A stretch of DNA of 64,000 nucleotides from Candidatus Poriferihabitaceae bacterium. GTDB lineage: Bacteria > Pseudomonadota > Gammaproteobacteria > Arenicellales > Poriferihabitantaceae. Below, piece by piece: positions 36,033 through 48,532 of the stretch; the first letter of the stretch is position 1, and the number at the start of each line of letters is the position of its first letter. The notes under the pieces were generated by a model that was not told the origin of the DNA, ran no database searches, and saw only the letters and a list, made by a program, of their open reading frames with translations. The translations under genes and the position numbers were made by a program. The stretch is from assembly GCA_965204165.1 (NCBI GenBank), contig OZ241969.1:4280735-4344734 (forward strand), in the 5' to 3' direction.

Positions 36033-38065
36033 GCCATCCAGTCCAGATTATCCTTTTGACTTCCGGAGCTGGTTTTTTCTGTTTTTTCTGTTTTTTCTGT
36101 AGCCTTGGGTGCCGGCCGGTCCGTGGTTTCGTCCATTGGTTCCTGCACCGGTGGACAGTCGGATGATTCCGTTTCCTGTGCTTCAGCAGCAACCGGAATG
36201 TCATCGGCGGGGATTTCATCGGTTTTGGGTTTCGGTACCGATCTAACCGGATCCTCAGGCTCTTCCTCCTTGCGCATGCAAGGAACGAAACGTTCGGCAA
36301 TCCTGGGGCGGTTCGAGTATTCCAGCCTGATCCTCGCCACAGGGAGCGGGCCGGGAAACCGGAGATATCCGTTCAGGTTCTGAAGACGCATGATCTCCGA
36401 GGCAAGGGCCAGCGCACGGAGTTCTCTTTTCGGTGTAAGTGATACCCCGTCGCGTATTGTATTGGCCCCGTAGGAAAGGCCCTCGTTCATCCCCTCCACC
36501 TCGCTCCTGCCGAGACAGTCCGCCGACCACTGCGCGGTGTCCCGGTCCGGGGCCGCCAGCACCACCCGGGTGCCGCACAGCCCCGAGATGGTCTCCGCAC
36601 CGTTTCTTCCATACAGGTCTCGGAGTGCGGAGATCACCTGTACCCCCAGCACGAAACATCCCCCGAACTGGCGGGACTCCGCCAGTCCCGGCTGCAGGCT
36701 CGGCACCTGGTGGAGGGTGGGCAGTTCGTCCAGTATGATCCAGATCCTTCTCCCGTCCGACTGCTCCAGCGAGAGCATGGCGTTGACCGCGATCTCGAGC
36801 CATGTCGATATCAGGCCTCTCAGACTCGCATGCTGGTCCCCTCTTGATGTCAGAAAGAGGCATCCTGTCTCGTCTTCTCTTTCAACCCAGTCCCGGATGG
36901 AGAAGGGAGAACCGGAAAGATCATCGGGGAGGAGTTCCAGTGCCCCGATGTTGGCCGTGAGCATGGCCCGGACGCTGAGCGCGGTCTTGGGGTTCTCCGG
37001 GTCCACGATGGACTGTGCCACGGTCCCTTCCATGGCTTCCGCCAGTTCCGTCAGTTCCGTCTTCAGCAGGTGATTGACCAGCACCTGATTCCTCTTCACC
37101 CCCTTCTCCCAGAGCACCCCGGCTCCGTTCGAGAACAGCTGCCTGGCCGCGGTGACCCAGAAGGGGTCCACGGTGTCCTTCTGCTGGGGGATCAGGGCCG
37201 CCGCCATCATGTCGAAGTCCCTCGGCCCCCTGGCCTCGAAGAACGGGGACCAGCGGGGGGCGCGGGCATCGAGGGGGTTCAGGAGCACGTCCCGTTCAGG
37301 GTCATAGAAGGAACGGGTGTAGGTTCCCATCTTGTCGTAGATCACGCAGCGTTCTCCACAGTCCCGGATCTGGGCGACGAGGTCGGAGATGAGAACGGTC
37401 TTGCCCGAACCGGTGGTGCCCGACACGATGGTGTGCTGGGTCTCCGCCCATTCGGGGTACGGCACATCCGCGATGCGGTACGGCCTTGCATCCACGGCCA
37501 TGGAAAACGCATGACGGACACGGGCGCCTACAGGATAAGTTGAAAAGACCTGGCGGCGGAGTTGGCGGGCGGTGGCCAGTTCCGCCCCCCGTATCCTCTT
37601 CTCCCGGTTCAGCTGCCGACCCTGGAACCAGAAGACGGCGAGGAGTATGACGATGGCGAGAACGCCGAACTTCAGTCCCTGGAACGCGCTTTCGTAGATC
37701 CCGTCCTTCAGGCGCTCCCGGGCAACAAGGGCACGGGGCGAGGAGGCGATCTCCGTGATGGTCAGCACGACGGTTCTTCCATCGTGCATGCGGACCTCCT
37801 GACGCGAGTCCTTCTGGTAGCCGATTCCCAGCTTCATCTCCGCCACGGTCAAGATGGCGGCGGCGTACCATTCGTATCCCGTGGTGTTCCGCCAGGTGTG
37901 CCAGGCCGGGACCGCAACCACCGAGATGGCTGCCAGGAACATGCCGGCACGCAGGAGTTGGCCCCACATGCGGATGCCGTGGAAGACCGTCTGGCCGCCC
38001 CGGAGGGTGCTGTTTCCGATTCTTGGGTTCATCAATGGATAGCTGGAAGCCCGGGCCGGCAGCAT
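36026..38065 (-). CDS. traD: type IV coupling protein (TraD/TrwB, FtsK/VirD4 superfamily); start 38065 or 38032
   Basis: N-terminal TM segments, Walker A SGTTGSGKT, Walker B-like WIILDELPTL, and an acidic C-terminal tail with TEKTEKTEKT. The stop overlaps the traI start. Confidence 0.85.
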   Translation of the reverse strand: MLPARASSYPLMNPRIGNSTLRGGQTVFHGIRMWGQLLRAGMFLAAISVVAVPAWHTWRNTTGYEWYAAAILTVAEMKLGIGYQKDSRQEVRMHDGRTVVLTITEIASSPRALVARERLKDGIYESAFQGLKFGVLAIVILLAVFWFQGRQLNREKRIRGAELATARQLRRQVFSTYPVGARVRHAFSMAVDARPYRIADVPYPEWAETQHTIVSGTTGSGKTVLISDLVAQIRDCGERCVIYDKMGTYTRSFYDPERDVLLNPLDARAPRWSPFFEARGPRDFDMMAAALIPQQKDTVDPFWVTAARQLFSNGAGVLWEKGVKRNQVLVNHLLKTELTELAEAMEGTVAQSIVDPENPKTALSVRAMLTANIGALELLPDDLSGSPFSIRDWVEREDETGCLFLTSRGDQHASLRGLISTWLEIAVNAMLSLEQSDGRRIWIILDELPTLHQVPSLQPGLAESRQFGGCFVLGVQVISALRDLYGRNGAETISGLCGTRVVLAAPDRDTAQWSADCLGRSEVEGMNEGLSYGANTIRDGVSLTPKRELRALALASEIMRLQNLNGYLRFPGPLPVARIRLEYSNRPRIAERFVPCMRKEEEPEDPVRSVPKPKTDEIPADDIPVAAEAQETESSDCPPVQEPMDETTDRPAPKATEKTEKTEKTSSGSQKDNLDWMAW

Positions 38066-38883
38066 CCAGCGATCCACCTTGCCAGCCCGGCTGTTGTCGT
38101 TCACCGCGATCGTCCATTCCCTGCATCCCTGATCCGGCCGCGGCAACCATATACAGCCCTGTCCGCACAGTCGGCAAGGGTCCCGTTTAGTGAATAACAT
38201 ACCTTCGGATCGACACCGTATCGCTCGGCTGCGATGAGGCGCGAACGGGTACGGGAATAAATTTTGGAATTCTTTTAAGCGCAGCAGGAGTATGTGCGAG
38301 ATCATCCTGGTTACGAGATGCGCACGGCGGCGCATATGGTCCGAACAACTCCAGTTGTGTATGCACTTTGCCAACAACCACTTCCGGATCGACTGTTTGT
38401 ACCATGCCATGGTCAGACTGGAAGCACCGTCTCCTTTCCATCCCCGGGCTCCTTCCTGTGCGACTGCACCCAGAATCGGCCTGAATCGATCACGGATTGA
38501 CGAACGCTACCCAGCGTCAAGGATTCACTCGTCGATGCCATCGAATCCAGCTTTCCCGGGAGGGCGAAAAGTAGAGTTAGAGCGGGATGGAATATGCATT
38601 GATCATGCTCTTCCGGTGGCTTGCGCCAACCTTAAGGCACTGCCGGTTCATTCATACCGGAATCAGCGGGAGGAAATTCTCTTTCGTGATCCTTATCAGG
38701 AGATTGGAAATAGCATGGGATTTTCCGAATACTACTTGGTATTCTATAGATTGATGAAGTCAATACACCATCTCCACCAGTATCGGAAACCTGACGAACT
38801 CTGAAGTGCTTCTTCTATGCTGACAAGGGACGCTGCTTCAGGTTCTGACCGAACTCTTTCAGACTTACCATGGAGATTCCAAG

Positions 38884-39546
38884 ATGACAAACAACCCTGG
38901 TTACATCACTCCCATCTCCGATCTTTTCAGGCACGCAGCCCCTTATGCCATATACAAATGGGCGGAAAGCGAGAAGAATTCATTAGATCTGGTTAAGGGT
39001 CGACTTGATGAAGAATCAATAACCCGTTGGCTCACTCAGTGGAAATTGCATCGGGCCAATCCAAAAGGCACGCGGACGAAACTGGTGAAGTGCCTTATAA
39101 AACTTCGACCACGTATCATCGAGGCGCATAAGCATGAATTACCACAGATAGTCGATGATGGGGTGAACATGTTGGATCGTGCCACAAATAAAAGGCAAAT
39201 GAGCCTGATGTCCAAGTTTGCATTCTCCCTGCGACCCAGTGTTGGCGTGCCCTACGATAAATTTGCTCTTGCAGGACTTCGCAAGATATCCGGACGCTCA
39301 ATCGCTAATCAGGACTACAAGACGTATTTCAAGGAATTCAATCGATTTGCAACTGAATGTGGCAAAGTATTGGAAGAAATGGGGGAGACGGAAGCGCTGA
39401 TGCCACTCTGGCAACCCTTCATGGGCAAGATACTCTTCAAGCGTCGAACCGCGGACAAGTCGCTCATGATCATGGGGGATTTTGTCCCAGATGGAAAGCT
39501 CGATTTCTGGTGCAAATTCCAAGCAAACTACCGTCGCTGCCCATAG
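38884..39546 (+). CDS. hypothetical protein (220 aa), AT-rich cargo
   Basis: ATG start in the AT-richer block. No motif recognised. Confidence 0.45.
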   Translation: MTNNPGYITPISDLFRHAAPYAIYKWAESEKNSLDLVKGRLDEESITRWLTQWKLHRANPKGTRTKLVKCLIKLRPRIIEAHKHELPQIVDDGVNMLDRATNKRQMSLMSKFAFSLRPSVGVPYDKFALAGLRKISGRSIANQDYKTYFKEFNRFATECGKVLEEMGETEALMPLWQPFMGKILFKRRTADKSLMIMGDFVPDGKLDFWCKFQANYRRCP

Positions 39547-39804
39547 CCGCCCACATCCAGCCTCGAGTGATTTGTTTGCTCCTGTGATTTTCCTGTTAAC
39601 TGGTTAAAACCACGGGATTCCTGCCCACCTTGTTTACTTCCCGCCATCAAACTACAGGTAGGCAGCATACAAACCAAGTCCCGATCGGGGCAGGCTTTGA
39701 TATTCGTCAATAAATAGACAATCCAGAAAGTTACGCCTGATGATGGCTCCGGTAGGCAAAGTAATTACTTGAAACGCTAAATCGGCAACCTGATCAAAGC
39801 TCAT

Positions 39805-40584
39805 TCAACGATTCTGGGCATCCAAAACAGATTTGACTACTTGATCAAGAAGTCCTCTCTCTTGAATCAGGGGGTGGTCGTCTGACAGCGGCATACCGGT
39901 TCTAATGTGTTCACATAGAATGTCGAAATCCTGCATCGCATTGATAAGCCAGCAGCAAGAATATAAACAGTTGTATATGGCGGTGAATAATATCTTTTCA
40001 TTGGACTCAGTATCAGGCGGATCGAATCGTCCTTCCCGTAGGACTCCGCCATAGAACATCAATTTCTCTCCATTCGGATGTGCCACCTCACAAATTTGAT
40101 CCCAAAATTTCTCACACCCAGGCTGTGAATCTGTAATAAATGTTCTTACCGAATGGCTGATGCGAGGCGGGGTATCCTGCTCAGGTTTTCTCTTGCCCCT
40201 AGAAACTGGATATTTTGAAAACGCATAACTATCAACCAACATCCCTATAGCCTTCCAATTTCCATTATCCGCTTCTACCTGTGCACGATTAAGCAGAGAA
40301 TGGAACATCGCTAACGTTTCTAACAGGGCCCTGGCGCAGACAACGGATCCGATAATATGACCTGCGTTCCAGGATGCAACGACTGATTGAGCGAGATCGA
40401 GTGTGCGAATCAATATCGCCTTACGATATGCGTTGAGGCAACCTGTAATCGTGATCCCTTCGTTTCCTTCGCTCAGATCCAGAGATCCAGTGAGAGAATC
40501 TTCAAGACGACTTAATCCGTTGAACGTAGTCTTCAGAAATGGCCATTTTCCAGAAGGAACACGCTGATCGTCAAACCACAACAT
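39805..40584 (-). CDS. hypothetical protein (259 aa), AT-rich cargo
   Basis: Clean ORF, convergent with 38884..39546, helical and Cys/His-containing. No family recognised. Confidence 0.5.
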   Translation of the reverse strand: MLWFDDQRVPSGKWPFLKTTFNGLSRLEDSLTGSLDLSEGNEGITITGCLNAYRKAILIRTLDLAQSVVASWNAGHIIGSVVCARALLETLAMFHSLLNRAQVEADNGNWKAIGMLVDSYAFSKYPVSRGKRKPEQDTPPRISHSVRTFITDSQPGCEKFWDQICEVAHPNGEKLMFYGGVLREGRFDPPDTESNEKILFTAIYNCLYSCCWLINAMQDFDILCEHIRTGMPLSDDHPLIQERGLLDQVVKSVLDAQNR

Positions 40585-41062
40585 CTGTCCGAATTCCTTG
40601 ATTCATGGTGATCATTTTATATACGGATGTGGTTATCGGCGCATTGGTTCCAGTTTATTCCGGTCGGATACGGCTTCTTGAAGTTGCAATAAAATTGCAA
40701 TCTTTCACGCTCTCGAGGAATGAATCATGACCATCGCAAAGGATAGTATGTTTACCCCAAATACCGTTCCGCCTGCTGCGGCTGCTTTTCCCGGCGGTTT
40801 CCGGCGGTCGGACTTACAGCGTTTTCCAGCCAAGGGCAAAGCAAACAGCAATTCGCACAGCATGCAATCCCATCCCGATCCGACGGTGTCGTCCCATCGT
40901 TTCATGCAGCGACCACTCATGACCTCGCCGAGGCCGCATAGAGGAATCCGAGGACAACAACGACCTGCAGGAAAACCCGTACGAAACTGCACCGAATCCT
41001 GATTCCATGACGGGTCGCCACCGGTCAGAGAATCGTGCACAGAATCAGGGTCAGAACAAAAG

Positions 41063-41206
41063 TCACCCCTGAAGACCGCCCGGAATGCCCAGAATGGCAG
41101 TCATGCATGCGGCCACAACAAAGACGGCAAGGATTACGCGTGTTTGGTGATCGGCCATTTGCGCCCGTATCCGGTCAAGCACGAATTCATGCCCGGTCCG
41201 GGTCAT
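41063..41206 (-). CDS. possible small membrane protein (47 aa)
   Basis: The ATG lies 3 nt after the stop of the upstream lipoprotein gene. Translation MTRTGHEFVLDRIRAQMADHQTRVILAVFVVAACMTAILGIPGGLQG has one TM-like segment. Below the ORF-track cut-off. Confidence 0.3.
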   Translation of the reverse strand: MTRTGHEFVLDRIRAQMADHQTRVILAVFVVAACMTAILGIPGGLQG

Positions 41207-41209
41207 TTC

Positions 41210-41500
41210 TCAATCTGCGTTTTCGGGTTCAATACAAGCGTACAGGTGCTCATACTCATAGCCTGACAGACGGTTCAGGTTTGTGCTCGTGATGGTGCTT
41301 ATGGGCACTGCTATCCTCCCATGCAATGAGCAGCCTTCTTGGGCCAACCGGTCGAGGTCCTCGGGAAGTGAACGCACCATGTCGTTGGTCTCCACCACAA
41401 TCACCTTGTCCTGTTCCAGATCCTTGATTGCCTGCGTCGGGGTACAACCGGTTGTGGTCATCGTTGCAGCGAGTGCAACAACAAGATACTGGATTTTCAT
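41210..41500 (-). CDS. small lipoprotein (96 aa)
   Basis: Signal plus lipobox-like MKIQYLVVALAATMTTTGC. Confidence 0.55.
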   Translation of the reverse strand: MKIQYLVVALAATMTTTGCTPTQAIKDLEQDKVIVVETNDMVRSLPEDLDRLAQEGCSLHGRIAVPISTITSTNLNRLSGYEYEHLYACIEPENAD

Positions 41501-41567
41501 GCTATTGGTCGAAAACGATTAATGGTCAATGGTGCGAACCGGACGGATTATAACCAATGCGTCCACC

Positions 41568-42695
41568 TCAATCCCTGACCGCGCCGAAGGCGCCGACGAT
41601 GGCGCCGTACTCGAACACGCCACCTGCCTCCTGATGCCGGTCGCCGTGGAACCTGCCATCGACCCGGCTTCCCGGAACAACTGATGAGAATGAGCCCTGA
41701 CTGACAGGCAGGTTCTCCCACTCCATGCCTGGGACCGGCGTACCCGATGCGATCATACGGACCCCGGTGAAGGAAACGTCGACCTCCGGATCCGAAAAAT
41801 CGGCCAGCGTGATCAGGACCCGGCCGGACATGGCACCGCCGTCCCCCGTGTCCACCCCCGCCATCAGCCCGGACCACGAAGCCCCGCCATCGGCCTCCTT
41901 CGGGTCCGTGCCCGGAAAGTGCGGCGCCCAGGCAAGGCCCAGAAGCTCCCCGCCGTCGTGCACGACCGCAAAGGCGCTCCTGTTGATCCAACCTCCCCAG
42001 GCCGTGGCATCCATGAGGCCTGTCGGATCATACTGCACGACCTTACCCGGACTATCCTCCGGCGGCAGGATATCCCGGATCCCGATATCCGCATCACGCG
42101 AAAGAAGATATCCCGGAACCGCGTCTCCCAGACGGTCTCCGGTACGCCAGTCCCAAGGGGCCAGGTACCGTCCCTCATGTATTCCCGCTCCCCGGTCCCT
42201 CGCCTCCCGTTCCTCGGCGGAATAATCCGGGGCGTACCGGGGTTCATCGACCGCAAGGCCAGCCCTCACCAGGGCCGCGCCGAACTCGACGCCACCGGCG
42301 GAGCATGACCCCACAATTCGGCCATAACTCCTCTGGCCGGAATCCTCGCAGCCCACGGTTCCCGCTGAAACCAGATTTTCCAGTGCCGCGGTGGCTGCCC
42401 GGCCGCAGGCCCATGGCACGTCATCGGCATCCCGGCACATCTGGTGCCTTTCCGGCGCATCGAAGCCCTGAAGGCGGTAACGCTGGCCATCGACATCGAT
42501 GGTGTCGCCATCGACCACATGGACGGTCTGTTGTGCGACAGGGTCCGGCCCGGGATTCGTTGGCGTGGTTTCCGTTCTCGGGGGCGCCTGACCGTTTCCG
42601 CCGTGATTGATGCCGGAACCTCCGCCGCCACCGCAACCAGCAAGCACCACGGACAATGTGGTGGCTGCCACGGCGCTCTTGATCAATGCCTTCAT
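41568..42695 (-). CDS. lipoprotein with staphylococcal-nuclease (SNase) domain and C-terminal TbpB/surface-lipoprotein-like beta-barrel
   Basis: Internal ATG. Lipobox in MKALIKSAVAATTLSVVLAGCGGGGG. SNase core VDGDTIDVDGQRYRLQGFDAPE...YGRIVG. C-terminal GRFHGDRHQEAGGVFEYGAIVGAFGAVR resembles the TbpB-type barrel ending. Confidence 0.7.
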   Translation of the reverse strand: MKALIKSAVAATTLSVVLAGCGGGGGSGINHGGNGQAPPRTETTPTNPGPDPVAQQTVHVVDGDTIDVDGQRYRLQGFDAPERHQMCRDADDVPWACGRAATAALENLVSAGTVGCEDSGQRSYGRIVGSCSAGGVEFGAALVRAGLAVDEPRYAPDYSAEEREARDRGAGIHEGRYLAPWDWRTGDRLGDAVPGYLLSRDADIGIRDILPPEDSPGKVVQYDPTGLMDATAWGGWINRSAFAVVHDGGELLGLAWAPHFPGTDPKEADGGASWSGLMAGVDTGDGGAMSGRVLITLADFSDPEVDVSFTGVRMIASGTPVPGMEWENLPVSQGSFSSVVPGSRVDGRFHGDRHQEAGGVFEYGAIVGAFGAVRD

Positions 42696-43165
42696 GGGTT
42701 CTGTCTCTGTAACTGGAAACGGCATCCGGTCCTTATACCCGAAAGTACCGGGAGCATGAGATCGGGTATATTCATATCGATTATGCATCATCCACATCCA
42801 TGGTAACCATGCTTGGGAAATGCCTGCAAAACCATTGCCCGGTTCGGGGTGTAATCCTTCGGTTGTCTGGTGGCGAAGATGAAATCAACACTGGCTAATT
42901 ACAATCATTACCAAGCTGAATTCGGAATCACCACCATTAACCGCAGCAAAATCACCCGACGACCGAAGGATTACCCTGGAAAAATCCGGCGGGGATGCGT
43001 ATTGATACGCCTGAATTGAATCAAATTCGCTTGCGTTATGCTTACGGAAAGAAAATTCTGGAAGATAGAAATTTCCGATAAAATTACTTTTATTTCTTAT
43101 TTATTATTATATATTAATAAGATATGCAATCTAAAATAAATCACAAGATTGATTTAAGTGCTAAA

Positions 43166-44449
43166 TCAGGGCATTTCCGATGCCCCGGGAGCGGCGTCGG
43201 AATAGAGTGGAAACCGGCTGCACAGTGCAATGACTTCCCCACGTACCCGATCCACCACGGACTCGTCATCCATGTTGTCCAGAATATCGCAAATCCAGCC
43301 GGTGATCTGCTTCGCCTCTTCCACGCCGAAGCCGCGTGTGGTCATGGCCGGGGTGCCGATCCGAAGGCCGCTGGTCACGAACGGTGAGCGCGGGTCGTTG
43401 GGCACGGCGTTCTTGTTCACCGTGATGTTGGCCCGGCCGAGCGCCGCGTCCGCATCCTTTCCGGTGATGTCCTTACTGATCAGGTCGAGCAGGAACAGGT
43501 GATTGTCGGTGCCTCCAGAGACGATATCGAATCCCCGTGACTGGAAAACCTCCACCATGGCGTCGGCATTGTCCAGAACCTGCTGCTGGTAGTCCCGGAA
43601 CCCGGGCTCCATGGCCTCCTTGAAGGCCACCGCCTTGGCGGCGATCACATGCATCAACGGTCCGCCCTGGGTGCCCGGAAACACCAGGGAGTTCAGTTTC
43701 TTGGTGATCTCATCGTTGGCCCTGGCGAGGATCATGCCGCCCCGGGGACCCCGCAGGGTCTTGTGGGTGGTTGTGGTCACCACGTCGGCGATGGGTACCG
43801 GGTTGGGATAGTGGCCGGTGGCAACCAGCCCGGCGACGTGGGCCATGTCCACGAACAGGTACGCTCCCACGCCGTCGGCAATGTCCCGGAACCGCTGCCA
43901 GTCCATGATGCGCGAGTAGGCGGAGAAGCCGGCCACGATCATTTTCGGTCTGTGTTCCGCCGCCAGCCGTTCGACCTCGGCGTAATCCACCTCGCCCGTG
44001 GCGGTATCGAGCCCGTACTGGACCGCATTGTAGATCTTGCCGGAGAAATTCACGCTGGCGCCATGGGTCAGGTGCCCGCCATGGGCCAGGCTCATGCCGA
44101 GCACGGTCTCGCCGGGATCCATCAGCGCCATGTAGACTGCCGCATTGGCCTGGGAGCCCGAATGCGGTTGCACGTTGGCGTAATCCGCATCGAACAGCTG
44201 GCAGGCCCGGTCAATGGCAAGCACTTCCGCCTGGTCGACGAATTCACAGCCGCCGTAATAGCGTTTTCCGGGATAGCCCTCGGCGTACTTGTTGGTCATC
44301 TGGCACCCCTGCGCCGTCATGACCCGCGGGCTGGTGAAATTTTCCGAGGCGATGAGTTCAATGTGGTGCTCCTGGCGGCCGGCCTCGTCCCGGATGGCCG
44401 CGGCGAGTTCCGGATCGAATTCCTCGATGGATTGCTGCTTGTCAAACAT
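43166..44449 (-). CDS. glyA: serine hydroxymethyltransferase
   Basis: ELIASENF, the PLP region [14 protein letters not shown], and full-length collinearity with GlyA. Start at [16 protein letters not shown]. Confidence 0.95.
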   Translation of the reverse strand: MFDKQQSIEEFDPELAAAIRDEAGRQEHHIELIASENFTSPRVMTAQGCQMTNKYAEGYPGKRYYGGCEFVDQAEVLAIDRACQLFDADYANVQPHSGSQANAAVYMALMDPGETVLGMSLAHGGHLTHGASVNFSGKIYNAVQYGLDTATGEVDYAEVERLAAEHRPKMIVAGFSAYSRIMDWQRFRDIADGVGAYLFVDMAHVAGLVATGHYPNPVPIADVVTTTTHKTLRGPRGGMILARANDEITKKLNSLVFPGTQGGPLMHVIAAKAVAFKEAMEPGFRDYQQQVLDNADAMVEVFQSRGFDIVSGGTDNHLFLLDLISKDITGKDADAALGRANITVNKNAVPNDPRSPFVTSGLRIGTPAMTTRGFGVEEAKQITGWICDILDNMDDESVVDRVRGEVIALCSRFPLYSDAAPGASEMP

Positions 44450-44637
44450 TTCAGTGATTCTCTGGTATCGAATGGGAAAGCTGATAACTGTACGATTCAG
44501 TCTGTTGTGCCCGGTCAAATAGGGTAAGCGCCCGATTCTATCCGCCCCTGAGCGGCTTGAATAGTAAAGAATATTTTATGTGAGCCAAAGGCGGCCCCTT
44601 GGGCGGGACTGGCCGGGCCCGGGTTCTCCTCCCGGCG

Positions 44638-46278
44638 TCATTTCACGGTGATCCGTCCTTCGAGTTTCGGCGTGTATGGGCTGCGGGCAGCGAGGTACTC
44701 GGCCACGACATCCGCCATGTCCGGGCCGAAATCATAGGCATCCATGGCATTCCTGGCGAAGATCTCGTAACCGTCTCCGCCACCGCGCAGGAAGTTGTTC
44801 GAGACAACGCTGTATATCCTGCCCGGGTCGATCGGAACCCACTGTCCGTTCTGCATGACCTCGACTTCAAGAATACGCCCCTCGCCCGGCGCTCTTGAAA
44901 GGGTGTAGCTGTAGCGGAGCCCCGCGACCTGCGGGAAGCGGCCTTTGCCCTCCTCAATCCTGCTGACCCCGGCTTCGAGCGTCGCCACGATGTCGGCGCC
45001 AGCGAGCTTGAATCTCGATAGCAGGTTCTGGAACGGAAGCACGGTGAGCACCTCTCCCATGGTGATCCGGCCCTGGTCGATCGAGGCGCGCAGGCCACCG
45101 CCGTTGGTGATCGCGATTTCGGCTCCGGACTTTTTCATGTGCGCCAGCAGAGCATCGGCGACGAGATTGCCGATCTCGCATTCCCGGCTGCGGCAATGCT
45201 CGGGCCTGCCGTCGATCGGGGCACTCGCCTCGGCAATGACCCGGTTGCGGATTTCGACGAGGGGCGCCGCCAGGGCGGCGATTCGCGCCTTCAGCGCGTT
45301 GTCCTCGGGCACCGTGCGGTCCATCAGGAGCGGCTCACCCGCCGCCTCTGAAATGGCGCCGTGATCGTCGAAGCTGACGTCGAGCCGCCCGAGATACTTT
45401 CCGTAGGCATAGGCCTGAACGATGGCCGTGCGCCCGCCATCCGGGCCGGTGACCCAGGTCGGATAGGGGCCGATTGCCCGGTCCGAGGTGTTCGACAGGA
45501 AGGTGTTCGTATGGCCGCCGACGATCACGTCAATGCCCCCCACCATCGCGGCAATTCTCCGGTCCACCTGGTAGCCGGAATGCGAAAGGACGATGATGCG
45601 GTCAATGCCCTGTCCGGCGAACCGCTCGATCTCCCGGCGAACTGCCCCTGCCGGCTCGGTGAATCTGATCTTCGGGCCCGGCACGGAGATTTCCGGCGTA
45701 TCCACGGGCGTCAGGCCAATGAGCCCGTAGCGGTAGCCCCCCCGCCGGATAACCGTCGAGGGCATCATGACGTCCGCGAGCGCGGGTTCGGAAGTCACAT
45801 CGGCGTTGGACATCAGCACCGGGAACCGGACCGCATCCATGAAGCCGCGGAGCACTTCCGGACCGTCATCGAATTCATGGTTGCCCACGGTCATGGCATC
45901 GTAGCCGAGTGTGTTCATCATCTCGGCTGCGACCTTTCCCTTGTACCGGGTGTAGAAAAGGGACCCCTGGAACTGATCCCCCGCGTCGACAAGCAGTGCG
46001 TTCGGCGCATCAGCCCGCACCGCCCGGATGGCCGTGGCCAGGCGGGCATACCCGCCAAAGCATTTTCCGGCCGCGTCGTCCTTGGCCGAACAGTTGCTGT
46101 CATACTTGTTGATCGGCTCGACCCGGGAATGGAGATCGTTCGTGTGCAGGATTGTCAATGTCTCGGCGTGGGCACCGGCGGCAAGGAACAGCGCAACAAC
46201 GGCGGACAGGCAGCGTTTTGAGTTCACGGAAGTTCTCTGTTGGGCGGATGGAACAAGGCGGATTCCCGTTGCCGGCAC
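44638..46278 (-). CDS. bifunctional metallophosphatase / 5'-nucleotidase (UshA family)
   Basis: Signal peptide, LHTNDLHSR, DAGDQFQGS, GNHEFD and the C-terminal 5'-nucleotidase domain. Confidence 0.85.
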   Translation of the reverse strand: MPATGIRLVPSAQQRTSVNSKRCLSAVVALFLAAGAHAETLTILHTNDLHSRVEPINKYDSNCSAKDDAAGKCFGGYARLATAIRAVRADAPNALLVDAGDQFQGSLFYTRYKGKVAAEMMNTLGYDAMTVGNHEFDDGPEVLRGFMDAVRFPVLMSNADVTSEPALADVMMPSTVIRRGGYRYGLIGLTPVDTPEISVPGPKIRFTEPAGAVRREIERFAGQGIDRIIVLSHSGYQVDRRIAAMVGGIDVIVGGHTNTFLSNTSDRAIGPYPTWVTGPDGGRTAIVQAYAYGKYLGRLDVSFDDHGAISEAAGEPLLMDRTVPEDNALKARIAALAAPLVEIRNRVIAEASAPIDGRPEHCRSRECEIGNLVADALLAHMKKSGAEIAITNGGGLRASIDQGRITMGEVLTVLPFQNLLSRFKLAGADIVATLEAGVSRIEEGKGRFPQVAGLRYSYTLSRAPGEGRILEVEVMQNGQWVPIDPGRIYSVVSNNFLRGGGDGYEIFARNAMDAYDFGPDMADVVAEYLAARSPYTPKLEGRITVK

Positions 46279-46284
46279 CGGCTT

Positions 46285-48401
<2,117 letters not shown>

Positions 48402-48532
48402 GGCGAGGGTGGAATCCGCGGATTCTAGCGTCCGCACCGGCGATGGCAACCTTTCCGGGCGCTCCCAGGGTCCCATCGCGAGCCCCGGGTTCTGTGGAAT
48501 CCGCTCTGCAAACTGTATATTATCGGCCCCGT

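Noticed and set aside
38066-38410. N-terminal 115-aa extension of the traD ORF
   Set aside because: The extension lies in AT-rich DNA with different codon usage and contains no TM or conserved sequence. Internal ATGs at 38065 or 38032 give a normal TraD N-terminus.
40705-41040. Small ORFs (64-111 aa) on both strands between the 259-aa gene and the lipoprotein operon
   Set aside because: They are mutually overlapping, lack RBSs and have no motif. The region is more likely promoter or spacer DNA.
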